Positions 10,619 to 20,818 of a stretch of DNA of 64,000 nt are shown one piece after another. Below the pieces are notes generated by a model. That model was not told the origin of the DNA, did no database searches, and saw only the letters and a program-made list of their open reading frames with translations. Source of the stretch: an uncultured Pelagibacteraceae bacterium (GTDB taxonomy: Bacteria > Pseudomonadota > Alphaproteobacteria > Pelagibacterales > Pelagibacteraceae); assembly GCA_902532525.1 (NCBI GenBank), contig CACAIK010000003.1, positions 18,449 through 82,448 of the forward strand, in the 5' to 3' direction. The position numbers and the translations under genes are program-made. Each line of letters starts with the position of its first letter. Position 1 is the stretch's first letter.

Positions 10619-12048
10619 TTCCAACCACCTACAGATTTAACTTCTAGAAATTCAAGCAATCCTTCTTTACCTGCTTCCCTTCCAATTCCAGAATGTTTGA
10701 AACCTCCAAAAGGTGCATCAACTGCAATACCAGCACCATTTACATCAACCATTCCAGATCTAAGTTTTCTGGCAACTCTTTGTACCTTTTCCTTATCTTG
10801 AGTTTGAATATAGTTTGTTAATCCATAATCAGTATCATTTGCAATTTTAATTGCCTCTTCTTCAGTTTCAAATGGAATAACAGATAAAACAGGACCAAAT
10901 ATTTCTGTTCTTGCAATTTCCATTTCATTTTTTACATCTGCAAAAACTGTCGGTTTTACATAATAACCATCATTTAATCCGTTTGGCTTTCCAACTCCAC
11001 CTGCAACTAATTTTGCTCCTTCATCTATTCCTTTTTGAATTAAACCTTGAATTTTATTGAATTGAGTTTCAGAAATTACAGGACCAATATGCTCTCCATT
11101 TTTATTTGGATCATCTACTTTAAATTCATTTGCATATTTTCTTAGTCTTTCTATCGCTTCATTATAAATTGATTTTTCAACAAGCATTCTTGTAGGGGCA
11201 TTACATGATTGTCCCGAATTTCTAAAACATCTAAATGCACCTCTTTCTATTGCTTCAGCGTCAGCATCTTCAAATATAATATTTGCACCTTTTCCTCCTA
11301 GTTCCAGACTTACTCTTTTAAAGTCCTTTGCGGCATTTTGAGAAATTAAAGCCCCTGCTCTTGTAGAGCCAGTGAATGAGATCATATTTACATCTGGATG
11401 ACTTGTTAATGCATCTCCAGTTATTTCCCCATCTCCATTTACTAAATTAAAAACACCTTTCGGAAATTTTGCTTCATCTATTAACTCAGCTATAATCATC
11501 GCGGATAAAGGTGCTAGTTCTGAAGGTTTTAAAATCATGGTACAACCAGAGGCCAATGCAGGAATGACTTTTAAAGTAACTTGATTTATTGGCCAGTTCC
11601 ACGGTGTTATTAATGCACACACACCTTTAGGCTCATATATTATTCTTTGATTTTTTGCATGATCTCCCAAAGGTTTTTCGAATTCAAATTCTTTTAGATA
11701 ACGAATAAATGATTTTGTATGACTCGCACCAGTTCCTGTTTGTAGTTTTGACGCAAAGTCTTTTGGCGCTCCCATCTCTTGAATAATTGCATCTGTAATA
11801 TCATTCCATCTTTTTTTATATAATGAATAAAAAACTTCTAATAATGACAATCTTTCTTCTTTAGAGGTAAATCCCCAGGTTTTAAAAGCTTCTTTAGCTG
11901 CTAAAACTGCATCATTGATATCCTCCTTACTGCCTAAAGAAATTACTGCACAATTTTTTTCTGTTGCTGGATTTATGACCTCAATATCTTTTGGGTTTTT
12001 TGGGGGAACCCATGAACCATTAATATAAAAATTTCTCTTTTCAATCAT
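10615..12048 (-). CDS. NAD(P)-dependent aldehyde dehydrogenase
   Basis: ITPWNWP, LKPSE, FTGS, LELGGKG, catalytic NSGQSC, EIFGPV, PFGGFKHSGIGRE. Confidence 0.95.
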   Translation of the reverse strand: MIEKRNFYINGSWVPPKNPKDIEVINPATEKNCAVISLGSKEDINDAVLAAKEAFKTWGFTSKEERLSLLEVFYSLYKKRWNDITDAIIQEMGAPKDFASKLQTGTGASHTKSFIRYLKEFEFEKPLGDHAKNQRIIYEPKGVCALITPWNWPINQVTLKVIPALASGCTMILKPSELAPLSAMIIAELIDEAKFPKGVFNLVNGDGEITGDALTSHPDVNMISFTGSTRAGALISQNAAKDFKRVSLELGGKGANIIFEDADAEAIERGAFRCFRNSGQSCNAPTRMLVEKSIYNEAIERLRKYANEFKVDDPNKNGEHIGPVISETQFNKIQGLIQKGIDEGAKLVAGGVGKPNGLNDGYYVKPTVFADVKNEMEIARTEIFGPVLSVIPFETEEEAIKIANDTDYGLTNYIQTQDKEKVQRVARKLRSGMVDVNGAGIAVDAPFGGFKHSGIGREAGKEGLLEFLEVKSVGGWN

Positions 12049-12068
12049 GCGCGCAAATTATCCTTTCT

Positions 12069-13022
12069 TCATGATTTTGCAAATAAATTTGTTAATTCAT
12101 AAACAATTGTTGCTGCAGCTAGAGAGGTAACTTCTGCGTGGTCATAAGCAGGCGCAACTTCAACTACATCTGCCGAAATCAAATTTAAGCCTGATAAACC
12201 CCTGAGGACGTTTACCATTTCTCTTGTGGTCATTCCTGCAATTTCAGGTGTTCCTGTGCCTGGTGCAAATGCTGGATCTAATACATCAATATCAATAGAC
12301 AAATATAATGCATTATCACCTACTCTATTTTTTATTCTTTCAACGATTATATCAATTCCTTCTGTTTGAAATTCATCACAATGAATAATTTTAAATCCAA
12401 AGCTTTCATCATTTTTTATATCATTTCTGCTATAAAGTGGACCTCTTATACCTACATGCATAGAGGCATCATCTAAAAATAAATTTTCCTCACGAGCTCT
12501 TCTAAATGGAGTGCCATGCGTATATGGTGCTCCAAAGTAGGTATCCCAGGTATCTAAATGGGCATCAAAATGAACAAGTGATACAGGTCCTTTATTCTTT
12601 TTATTGGCTGCTCTAAGTAAAGGCACAGCAATTGTGTGATCTCCTCCAAGGCTTATTATTCCTCCAACTTTATTTAATAAATTGGTTGCTCCTACTTCAA
12701 TTTGTTTGATGGCTTCATCAATATTAAATGGATTGCAAGTAATGTCACCTGCATCTGCAACTTGTTGTACTTTGAATGGTTCTACATCATAATTAGGATG
12801 ATAATTAGTCCTTAAATGTCTAGATGCTTGTCTAATACTTTGTGGGCCAAATCTTGCACCTGGTCTATAACTTGTTCCTGAATCAAATGGAACTCCGACA
12901 ATAGCAACATCACAACTTTCTACATCTCTTAGCTCAGGTAATCTTGCAAATGTAGAAGGGCCCGCATATCTTGGTACTTCTGTGCCACTAACAGGCTGAA
13001 TAGGTTTTTTAGACTTTGTCAT
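12069..13022 (-). CDS. speB: Agmatinase / ureohydrolase (guanidino-compound hydrolase)
   Basis: RPGARFGP, GGDH, FDAHLD, HGTPF, SIDIDVLDPAFAPGTGTPE; the exact substrate (agmatine vs guanidinobutyrate etc.) cannot be resolved. Confidence 0.85.
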   Translation of the reverse strand: MTKSKKPIQPVSGTEVPRYAGPSTFARLPELRDVESCDVAIVGVPFDSGTSYRPGARFGPQSIRQASRHLRTNYHPNYDVEPFKVQQVADAGDITCNPFNIDEAIKQIEVGATNLLNKVGGIISLGGDHTIAVPLLRAANKKNKGPVSLVHFDAHLDTWDTYFGAPYTHGTPFRRAREENLFLDDASMHVGIRGPLYSRNDIKNDESFGFKIIHCDEFQTEGIDIIVERIKNRVGDNALYLSIDIDVLDPAFAPGTGTPEIAGMTTREMVNVLRGLSGLNLISADVVEVAPAYDHAEVTSLAAATIVYELTNLFAKS

Positions 13023-13153
13023 TTTAGTAATAAGAATATTATTAGAATGATCCAGAAAAAGGGATAATAGAAATATATGTATTTTTTTGCAAACATCTTA
13101 GGCACTGACTCATGATCTCTATTAATATTTTTTTTTCTTTTTCTTTTTTTCAT
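13019..13153 (-). CDS. Unannotated 44-aa basic, C-terminally membrane-anchored microprotein (MKKRKRKKNINRDHESVPKMFAKKYIYFYYPFFWIILIIFLLLK)
   Basis: Translated by hand: ATG at 13153, TGA overlapping the speB ATG as ATGA; below the ORF-track length cut-off. Confidence 0.6.
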   Translation of the reverse strand: MKKRKRKKNINRDHESVPKMFAKKYIYFYYPFFWIILIIFLLLK

Positions 13154-13205
13154 TAAATAAATCCTATCACATTCATATTATATCTAATATCATCAAATTA
13201 TTAAA

Positions 13206-13937
13206 ATGAGATACATTATATTAATTTTTCTATTATTTTTTAATTTTTCTTATGTAAATGCAGATGCAATATATAATTTAATTAAAATCCCAAATTTAGA
13301 AGTTCATAAAGTTGATGATGTTAATGGTATCAAATATTTGGTATCGAAAAGAGGTTTTGTAATTGGTGATACAAATAATATTAAGTGTAACGGCATAAAT
13401 AACAGTGATTTGGATCGTGAGTTTAATACAATTCAAAATAATTTGAGAGATTATAACTCAAATTTCTTAAGGAAAATAAATTTGAAATTTGTAGTTCTTT
13501 GCAAAAACTTAGAAATTTCAGGCATTAATACAGGAGGTATACCAGATAATAAATTCAGGACTTTAATTTTAGACTTAACATTTAACCGAAATTATTTTGA
13601 AAGAATGATCCATCATGAAATATTTCACATGATTGATAACAGTTTTCCTGAGCTTTTTAAAAAAAATAAGTGGAGCAAACTTAATAATAAAGATTTTTCT
13701 TACGCATCATGTTCTACATGCACTGATTTATTAGGTTTAGATTTAGAAATTAAAAAAGGCTTTTTAACAGAATATTCAATGAGCACAGCTGAAGAAGATA
13801 TGGCTGAAATTTATTCATTATTAAAAACAAACTTTAAAGAAATAGATTTACTAATAAAAAAAGATAATATTTTAACTAAGAAGAAAAATTTCTTAATTAA
13901 TGGTCTTAAAGAAATAGATGAAAAGTTTATTTTTTGA
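13206..13937 (+). CDS. Secreted putative zinc metallopeptidase
   Basis: Signal peptide; HHEIFH (HExxH) plus downstream GFLTEYS..EEDMAE third-ligand segment. Confidence 0.7.
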   Translation: MRYIILIFLLFFNFSYVNADAIYNLIKIPNLEVHKVDDVNGIKYLVSKRGFVIGDTNNIKCNGINNSDLDREFNTIQNNLRDYNSNFLRKINLKFVVLCKNLEISGINTGGIPDNKFRTLILDLTFNRNYFERMIHHEIFHMIDNSFPELFKKNKWSKLNNKDFSYASCSTCTDLLGLDLEIKKGFLTEYSMSTAEEDMAEIYSLLKTNFKEIDLLIKKDNILTKKKNFLINGLKEIDEKFIF

Positions 13938-14585
13938 ATGATAAAAAAAATAAAACCATCGCTATCTGAAAAAATATTATTTATTTTTCTAATTCTACTT
14001 ATTATTTTAACCTTATCTTCATTTTATATATTAAATAATAAATGTCTTTTTGTAAAAAAAATTGATTTAAATAACTTTAAATTTAAAGATAAACAAAATA
14101 TTGCAATTATGGAAGTTGAATGCGGTAAAGTTCTGATAGAGTTAGACCCAAACATTTCACCAAAAGCTGTAAATCGATTTAAGAAGTTAGTAAATAAAGG
14201 TTCCTATAATGGTTCAGCTTTTTATCGAGTAATAGAAAATACTTTAATACAAGCTGGAGATATTGAATATGGAAATATATCTAATATAAATTATTCTAGA
14301 GTAGGAACTGGTAAGTCTGGTTTAGGAACAATTAAATCTGAGCTCAGTGATAATTTTTTATTTAATGCTGGTTCTGTTGCTTTTGCTAGAAAAGAAAAGT
14401 TCGATACAGAAGATAGTGAATTTTTTATCACTTTAATTGATATTCCAATATATCAAGGTGAATATACTCCAATTGGAAGGGTGATTGCTGGGATAGACTC
14501 TTTAAAAAAAATTAAAGTAGGAAATAAATCAACTTATGTATTAAAACCTGATTATATTAAAAGTCTGAAGTTATTAGTTAACTAG
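13938..14585 (+). CDS. Membrane-anchored cyclophilin-type peptidyl-prolyl isomerase (degenerate active site)
   Basis: N-terminal TM; G-x-V-x-IEL, SPKAV, YNGSAFYRVI..IQAGD, SEFFI, YTPIGRVIAG. Confidence 0.8.
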   Translation: MIKKIKPSLSEKILFIFLILLIILTLSSFYILNNKCLFVKKIDLNNFKFKDKQNIAIMEVECGKVLIELDPNISPKAVNRFKKLVNKGSYNGSAFYRVIENTLIQAGDIEYGNISNINYSRVGTGKSGLGTIKSELSDNFLFNAGSVAFARKEKFDTEDSEFFITLIDIPIYQGEYTPIGRVIAGIDSLKKIKVGNKSTYVLKPDYIKSLKLLVN

Positions 14586-16796
14586 TGGTTTTCCGGTAGA
14601 TAATGTGTGTTTAATTCTATCTTGAGTTTTACTTGTCTCAATTAATTTCATGAAAGCATCCAACTCTAATTTAAACAACTGATCTTCTGTAAGAGTTTTA
14701 TCTATAGTTGTATCACCACCACTTAAAACATTTGCTAGCTCTGTTCCAACCATCATTCCATGATCTAATATAATTTTATCATTATACAGTTTTTCTAACA
14801 TGCCGACCATTTTGTCTTTTAAAGATTTACCAGATAAATTAAATGTGCATTCTTTAGGAGGAGTAAATTCTTTGTTTTGATCCAAAATTTTTCTTGCTTC
14901 ATTTAATAAACTATTTCTGCTCATTATTTTTTTATTTTCAGGGATTAAGTACTTTAGAGGTTCAGCTTCGACTGGAGAAGTTGCAGTTTTTGCATAACCA
15001 ATGATATCAAAAACTTTTAAAGGCGCAAAATCTGGATCATTTTTTGCCTCTTCTGTTTGAGACCATCTCCATAACATTTCTTTACATCCTCCTCCGGCTG
15101 GAACTAAACCAACCAATGTTTCAACTAATCCAACAACAATATTTGTATGCGAAGCAACAAAGTTACTTTGAACTAAAACTTCAAAACCCCCTCCAAGGGT
15201 AAGACCTGATGGTGCTGAAACTACTGGAAATTTTGAGTATTTTAAATGTTTGCATGTTTCTTGAAAATAACCGACAAATTTTTCTATTGATTTAAAGTCA
15301 CCTTTATCTGCAAAATTCATAGTATATGTTAAATTAACACCAGCAGAAAACTGCATACTTTCATTAATAATTATCAATGGTTTGTCTGTAGCGTTTTTTA
15401 AAGAGTCCATTGAATCATAATCCAAAGCGTTTGCTTTAGTTGTAAATTCGACAATGTTAAATTCAGGAAATCTGTAAATTTCAGCAGAATTATTTTTATC
15501 AAGTTTAAGGGCTCTTGGTTTAATTTTTCCTAAAGTTTCAATTTCAGTATATTGTTGTCTCTCACCATAAAAATTTTCATCTTTGGATTTTGATAAATTT
15601 TCTAAAAATTTATTTCCTTCAAAATTATCAATTTTTTGAAAAAAATTATTTACTCCAATTTCTTTTAACATTTCAAAAGGCCCTCTAGACCAATTGAAGC
15701 CAAGTCTCATTGCTTCATCGATGTCATTAAACTTATCTGTAATACCTGGAACTAATGAAGAAGAATATTTTATTATTTTAGAAATTACAGACCAAGCATA
15801 ATCTCCATATTTATCTCCACGATTAATTAATTTTTTTAAATCAACTTTTTCAGATTTAATATCTATTTTTTTTGAGGGAGAATATTCCCCAGTTTCAAGA
15901 TTGATGGCCTCTAAAATTTTCTTACCACCCTCCTTATTCATTCTATAAAATCCACCTTTTCCTTTTCTACCGGTATATCCAGTTTCTATTAATTTTTTTA
16001 CAAGTGGCATTTCTTTTGCTAAACGTTGAAATGGATCGCTTTCAGGTAATTCTTTAATAAAACTTTTTAATACATCTGCCATTAAATCAATACCTATTAG
16101 GTCATACAATCCAAATACTCCGGTTTTAGGTATGCCCATTGGTCTGCCAAATACAGCATCAGCCTCTTCAACACTAAGTTTCATATTAAATGCTTCTGTC
16201 ATTGCAATTTGCATTGCATAAACTCCAATTCTATTACCTAAAAATCCTGGAGTGTCATTACAGATAATTGCACCTTTGCCTAAGTCTATTTCACAAAAGT
16301 TTTTTAAAAGTTTAACTTTATCTAAATCGCTTTCATTACTTTTTACTATTTCCAGTAAATCCATGTATCTTACAGGATTAAAGAAGTGAGTTATGCAGAA
16401 ATCCTTTTTGTCTTGATCAGATAATTTTTCTGAAAGAACACTTATTGGAATAGATGAGGTATTAGATGAAACAACGGACTCTTTTTTTCTATGCTTAAAT
16501 ATTTTTTCGTAAATATTATGTTTTATATCTATTCTTTCTACAACAGCTTCTACAATCCAATCTGCATTCGAAACCACATCAAAGTTTTCCTCAATGTTTC
16601 CTACATGTATATTATCTAATTTTGATTTATCTATTAACAAAGGAGGTCTAGATTTTCTTATTCTCTCTTTAGCCTTTTGACTAATTTCAGTAGTTAAATC
16701 CAACAAAGTGACAGGTACATTTGCATTACACAAATGTGCAGCTATACCGCTCCCCATTGTTCCAGAACCAATTACAACTACATTATTTATTTTCAT
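14574..16796 (-). CDS. 3-hydroxyacyl-CoA dehydrogenase / enoyl-CoA hydratase, FadN-type (dehydrogenase N-terminal)
   Basis: VIGSGTMGSGIA, EAVVE, SSNTSS, HFFNPVRYM, DTPGFLGNR; C-terminal crotonase FSAGVNL, LGGGFE, GLVPAGGG. Confidence 0.92.
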   Translation of the reverse strand: MKINNVVVIGSGTMGSGIAAHLCNANVPVTLLDLTTEISQKAKERIRKSRPPLLIDKSKLDNIHVGNIEENFDVVSNADWIVEAVVERIDIKHNIYEKIFKHRKKESVVSSNTSSIPISVLSEKLSDQDKKDFCITHFFNPVRYMDLLEIVKSNESDLDKVKLLKNFCEIDLGKGAIICNDTPGFLGNRIGVYAMQIAMTEAFNMKLSVEEADAVFGRPMGIPKTGVFGLYDLIGIDLMADVLKSFIKELPESDPFQRLAKEMPLVKKLIETGYTGRKGKGGFYRMNKEGGKKILEAINLETGEYSPSKKIDIKSEKVDLKKLINRGDKYGDYAWSVISKIIKYSSSLVPGITDKFNDIDEAMRLGFNWSRGPFEMLKEIGVNNFFQKIDNFEGNKFLENLSKSKDENFYGERQQYTEIETLGKIKPRALKLDKNNSAEIYRFPEFNIVEFTTKANALDYDSMDSLKNATDKPLIIINESMQFSAGVNLTYTMNFADKGDFKSIEKFVGYFQETCKHLKYSKFPVVSAPSGLTLGGGFEVLVQSNFVASHTNIVVGLVETLVGLVPAGGGCKEMLWRWSQTEEAKNDPDFAPLKVFDIIGYAKTATSPVEAEPLKYLIPENKKIMSRNSLLNEARKILDQNKEFTPPKECTFNLSGKSLKDKMVGMLEKLYNDKIILDHGMMVGTELANVLSGGDTTIDKTLTEDQLFKLELDAFMKLIETSKTQDRIKHTLSTGKPLVN

Positions 16797-16853
16797 AAAG
16801 AAGGTTTCTTATATTAAATTGAGACTGAGTAGGAAATAAAATAAATGTCATAA

Positions 16854-18881
16854 CTATTGCTGTAAACTTGCTAATTCATCAATATTAATATGACATCTAA
16901 TAGCGTTACCATTTTCACCTATTTGCCACGGTGGAACCTCCAAATTACAAATATCACCTATTTTCCTTGGGCATCTTCCTTGAAAAGAACAGCCTTTCTC
17001 AGGGGGTTTTTCCTCTACAATATCCTCAGCTACTAATTTTGGTTTTATATCTGGATCTGGTTCCAAAACAGCACCTAATAATACTTCAGTGTAAGGATGT
17101 GATGGAAATTTGTAGACATTTTGAGAAGGACCAATTTCACATAACCTTCCTTGATATAAAACTGCAACTCTATCACTAATTGCTCTAACAACAGCCAAAT
17201 CATGAGAAACAAATACGTAGGTTGTTCCTAGATCTTCTTTCAATTGTTGTAATAAGTTTAAAACAGCTGCTTGAACCGAAACATCTAAAGCTGATGTAAC
17301 CTCATCGCACAAAATTATATCTGGCTTGGCTGCAAATGCTCTTGCAACTGCAACTCTTTGTTTCTCACCACCTGATAATTGTCTAGGGTATCTTGACATA
17401 TAAAATTCTCCTAACCTTACTTTTTTTAGTAGATCGATTATATTTTTTTTTAATTCTTCTCCTGATAAATTAAAATACAACTTTAGAGGTTGTGAAAGTA
17501 TTTGCTCAACTGTGTGGTTTGGATTTAATGACTCATCTGGATTTTGAAATATAAGTTGTATTGCTCGCAGATCATTTGGATTTCTCATTTTTAAATCAGA
17601 AGATAAAATACGATCATTTTCAAATTTAATTTGACCATCTTTTGTTTTGAGTAAGCCAGCAATTGATTTTAAGATAGTAGACTTGCCACTTCCAGACTCA
17701 CCAACCAGGGCTATAGTCTCTCCTTTTTTTATATCTATATTTATATCTTTAACTGTTGGATTTTGATCAGAAATTTTATTTAATAATTGATCAAAAAATT
17801 TCTGCTTTGCATAACTAATTGAAACATCCATTAATTTTAAAACTTCATTTGCTTCACTATTATTTAATTTTTTTGTTATTGAAGTTTGTAAATTATTATT
17901 TTGGTTTATTAATTCTCTATAATTAAAACATCTGACATTGGTATCTAATTCTTTAATATGTTCCAGATCTGGTGAATTTTTTTTACAATTATCAGTTGCT
18001 AGGTTACATCTATCATAAAAACTACAACCTTCATTTATGCTTCCAGGCTGAGGTTGGCTTCCTGGCATAGAAGCTGGGAGTCCAGCTAGTGAAAGTTTAG
18101 GTATCGATTTTAACAATCCATAAGTATAAGGATGAATAGGTTCTTTTAATATTTTTCTTGCTGGTCCTTCTAAAACAATTTCTCCCGCATACATTACAAC
18201 TATTCTATCACTAACTTGTGCTATGGCTCCAAGGTCATGACTAACATAGATCATAGATGTTCCAGTATCTTTTGCTATAAATCTTAATAGTTCTAAGACA
18301 TGCGCTTGTGTTGTGACGTCTAATCCAGTAGTTGGCTCATCTAATAAAAGTAAATCTGGTTTGCCAGCCAATGCCATTGCAACAGCCACTCTTTGTTGCT
18401 GCCCTCCAGAAAGCTCGTGTGGATAACGAAAAGCCATAGTTTCTGGTGAAGGAAGTCTAACTTTATTTAGTAACTCTGAAATTTTTTTATCTCTCTCTGT
18501 TTTGTTTAGATCTGTATGTAATTTTAATGCTTCATCAATTTGGTATCCAATTTTTAAATTCGGTGTTAATGCTTGTCCTGCATTTTGAGGTATCATGGCT
18601 ATTTTTCTACCTCTAATTTTTTCTAGCTGTCTACTGCTCATCTTCAATAAATCCTTAGATTTAAAGAGACATTCACCCTTAAGAGGAAATAAGCCTTGTT
18701 TTATATAGCCCATCATAGCAAGTGCTAATGTGCTTTTTCCAGAACCCGACTCCCCTACGATCCCTACGGTCTCTCCTTTTTTTATATTAGTTGAAACATT
18801 TCTAAGTATTGAAATTTGTTTGCCCTTCTGACTGTTAAATCCAATTGATAAATTTTTAACACTTTCAATTATTTCATTCAT
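16854..18881 (-). CDS. Peptide/nickel-type (Dpp/Opp) ABC transporter, fused dual ATPase
   Basis: Two GESGSGKS Walker A motifs, two LSGG signatures, two HPYT and Cys-containing oligo_HPY tails. Confidence 0.95.
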   Translation of the reverse strand: MNEIIESVKNLSIGFNSQKGKQISILRNVSTNIKKGETVGIVGESGSGKSTLALAMMGYIKQGLFPLKGECLFKSKDLLKMSSRQLEKIRGRKIAMIPQNAGQALTPNLKIGYQIDEALKLHTDLNKTERDKKISELLNKVRLPSPETMAFRYPHELSGGQQQRVAVAMALAGKPDLLLLDEPTTGLDVTTQAHVLELLRFIAKDTGTSMIYVSHDLGAIAQVSDRIVVMYAGEIVLEGPARKILKEPIHPYTYGLLKSIPKLSLAGLPASMPGSQPQPGSINEGCSFYDRCNLATDNCKKNSPDLEHIKELDTNVRCFNYRELINQNNNLQTSITKKLNNSEANEVLKLMDVSISYAKQKFFDQLLNKISDQNPTVKDINIDIKKGETIALVGESGSGKSTILKSIAGLLKTKDGQIKFENDRILSSDLKMRNPNDLRAIQLIFQNPDESLNPNHTVEQILSQPLKLYFNLSGEELKKNIIDLLKKVRLGEFYMSRYPRQLSGGEKQRVAVARAFAAKPDIILCDEVTSALDVSVQAAVLNLLQQLKEDLGTTYVFVSHDLAVVRAISDRVAVLYQGRLCEIGPSQNVYKFPSHPYTEVLLGAVLEPDPDIKPKLVAEDIVEEKPPEKGCSFQGRCPRKIGDICNLEVPPWQIGENGNAIRCHINIDELASLQQ

Positions 18882-19775
18882 TTAAACAGGTGCCTTGGTT
18901 GAACGATCAATTCCTAAAGCTTTTGCAAATGCATCAGCAGTTAAATTTATTCCAATAATTAACGAACTTAATCCTACTATCGGAGCAATTACAGACCAGT
19001 ATGCAAACGACATCAATCCTCTAGCATTGGATATCATCAAACCCCAATCAGGCGTTGGTGGACTTACACCAAAACCTAAGAATGACAATGAGCTAAATCC
19101 TAATAACATCCAAGACCATCTCATTGCTCCCTCTACTAATATAGCATCTCTAACATTTGGAATAATTTCATTCCAAATAATAGACATATTGCTATGACCT
19201 CTAGCTCTGGCTGAAACTATAAAGTCTTTAGCAATAACATCGTGAGTAGCAGCTCTAGCAACTCTTACTATTCCTTTACCATAAAAAAAACCTAGTGCAG
19301 GAATTAAAACCTCTGTTGATGTTCCTAAAAGAGAAACAATTAATAACATTGCAAGTATCCAAGGGATAGAAAGAAACGCATCAACAACTCTCATTACAAC
19401 ATCGTCAATTTTACCTCCAACTAAACCACAAAAAATTCCAAGTAAACCTCCCCACAGAAGAGCTATAAGTGATCCAAAGAAAGTTACCGTAAGAGCTGTT
19501 CGACCTCCAAGTATTGTTCTTGTAAAAACATCTCTACCCAAGCTATCTGTTCCAAACCAATGTTCAGCTGAAGGTGCAAGTAACATGGTATTTGGGCTAA
19601 TTGCTTTATAATCGTATGGTGCAATGTAAGGGCTTAATAATGCTAAGACTACATGAAATAAAACAATTGATAAACCAATTAATCCAGAGGGCTTGGAAGC
19701 CATAGTCTTTAAAATCTCAAAAGCCTTTTCTAGCTTATTTTTATGTTTATCTTCTGTAATTAAATTACTCTCCAT
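18882..19775 (-). CDS. Dpp/Opp-type ABC permease (DppC-like)
   Basis: HWFGTDSLGRD, SARARG EAA-like loop, LSFLGFGVSPPTPDWG. Confidence 0.93.
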   Translation of the reverse strand: MESNLITEDKHKNKLEKAFEILKTMASKPSGLIGLSIVLFHVVLALLSPYIAPYDYKAISPNTMLLAPSAEHWFGTDSLGRDVFTRTILGGRTALTVTFFGSLIALLWGGLLGIFCGLVGGKIDDVVMRVVDAFLSIPWILAMLLIVSLLGTSTEVLIPALGFFYGKGIVRVARAATHDVIAKDFIVSARARGHSNMSIIWNEIIPNVRDAILVEGAMRWSWMLLGFSSLSFLGFGVSPPTPDWGLMISNARGLMSFAYWSVIAPIVGLSSLIIGINLTADAFAKALGIDRSTKAPV

Positions 19776-19776
19776 T

Positions 19777-20733
19777 TTATTTTCTTATCTGTAAACTTTT
19801 TAATCTTGGATTAAGCATAAGTGTCATTAAATCTGCTATTAAATTTATTCCCACATAGATTGATGCCAATATTATTGCTAATGCTTGAACAACAGGTAAA
19901 TCTCTATTTGATATAGACTCAATTACCAGTCTGCCTAAACCGGGATAATTAAAAACAACTTCTGTAACAACAACACCACCTAGTAACCAAGCAATTGTTA
20001 ACGCCACTACATTTATTGCTGGTAATAATGCATTTGGTAATACATGTCTAAATACCATTTTCCAATATGGAACACCTTTTAAAATTGCCATTTGCACGTA
20101 ATCACTAGCCATTACTTGAATTACACTTGAACGTACCATTCTTGCCATGTGTGCGGTCATAATCATTGAAATTGCAACAACAGGTAAAATTATATTCGAG
20201 AGTAATTCATAAAAAGTTGCATCCGATGGTATAATCACGATGCCTGGTAGCCAACCAAGCCAAATTGCAACAACTAAAATAAGTAAAGTAGCACTAATAA
20301 ACTCAGGAATAGTCATTGAAAAAATTGTGATAGTTGAGATCATAATATCTGGAAGCTTATCTCTCCAAAGAGCAGTTATTATTCCTAATACAATTGCTAA
20401 AGGAATTCCTATAAGTATTGAAACAGAGGCTAAAACTAATGAGTTTTTAACTCTTGGACCTAGTACTTCATTAATTGGCATTTCTCCACTTAAAGAGTAA
20501 CCAAAATCACCTCGTACAACATTTGATGCCCAGTCCAAGTATCTTTCATAAGCAGGAACATCTAGACCAAGTCTTTTTATACAAGCATCAAGAGCTGCTC
20601 CATAAGCTTCTCTTTCTAAATATGTTGTGCATGCATCCCCAGGTAAAACTTCAACACCTACAAAAGTAATCAATGAAACTATAAATAAAGTGATAAGCCC
20701 TAGTCCAATTCTTTTTAAAATTAATAAAAGCAT
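19777..20733 (-). CDS. Dpp/Opp-type ABC permease (DppB-like)
   Basis: LPGD, GDFGYS, DYVQMAILKG, HVLPNAL, EVVFNYPGLG, RDLPVVQ. Confidence 0.93.
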   Translation of the reverse strand: MLLLILKRIGLGLITLFIVSLITFVGVEVLPGDACTTYLEREAYGAALDACIKRLGLDVPAYERYLDWASNVVRGDFGYSLSGEMPINEVLGPRVKNSLVLASVSILIGIPLAIVLGIITALWRDKLPDIMISTITIFSMTIPEFISATLLILVVAIWLGWLPGIVIIPSDATFYELLSNIILPVVAISMIMTAHMARMVRSSVIQVMASDYVQMAILKGVPYWKMVFRHVLPNALLPAINVVALTIAWLLGGVVVTEVVFNYPGLGRLVIESISNRDLPVVQALAIILASIYVGINLIADLMTLMLNPRLKSLQIRK

Positions 20734-20780
20734 AAGATTAACTAGAACTTTTTAACAAAAATAAATTAAATAGAAATAAA

Positions 20781-20808
20781 ATAAAGGCCGCTTATATGCG
20801 GCCTTTAT
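20781..20808 (-). terminator. Stem-loop (terminator or mRNA-stabilising hairpin) 3' of the SBP gene
   Basis: ATAAAGGCCGC-TTATAT-GCGGCCTTTAT inverted repeat, followed on the minus strand by T-rich sequence. Confidence 0.8.
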
Positions 20809-20818
20809 CTAAATACTT

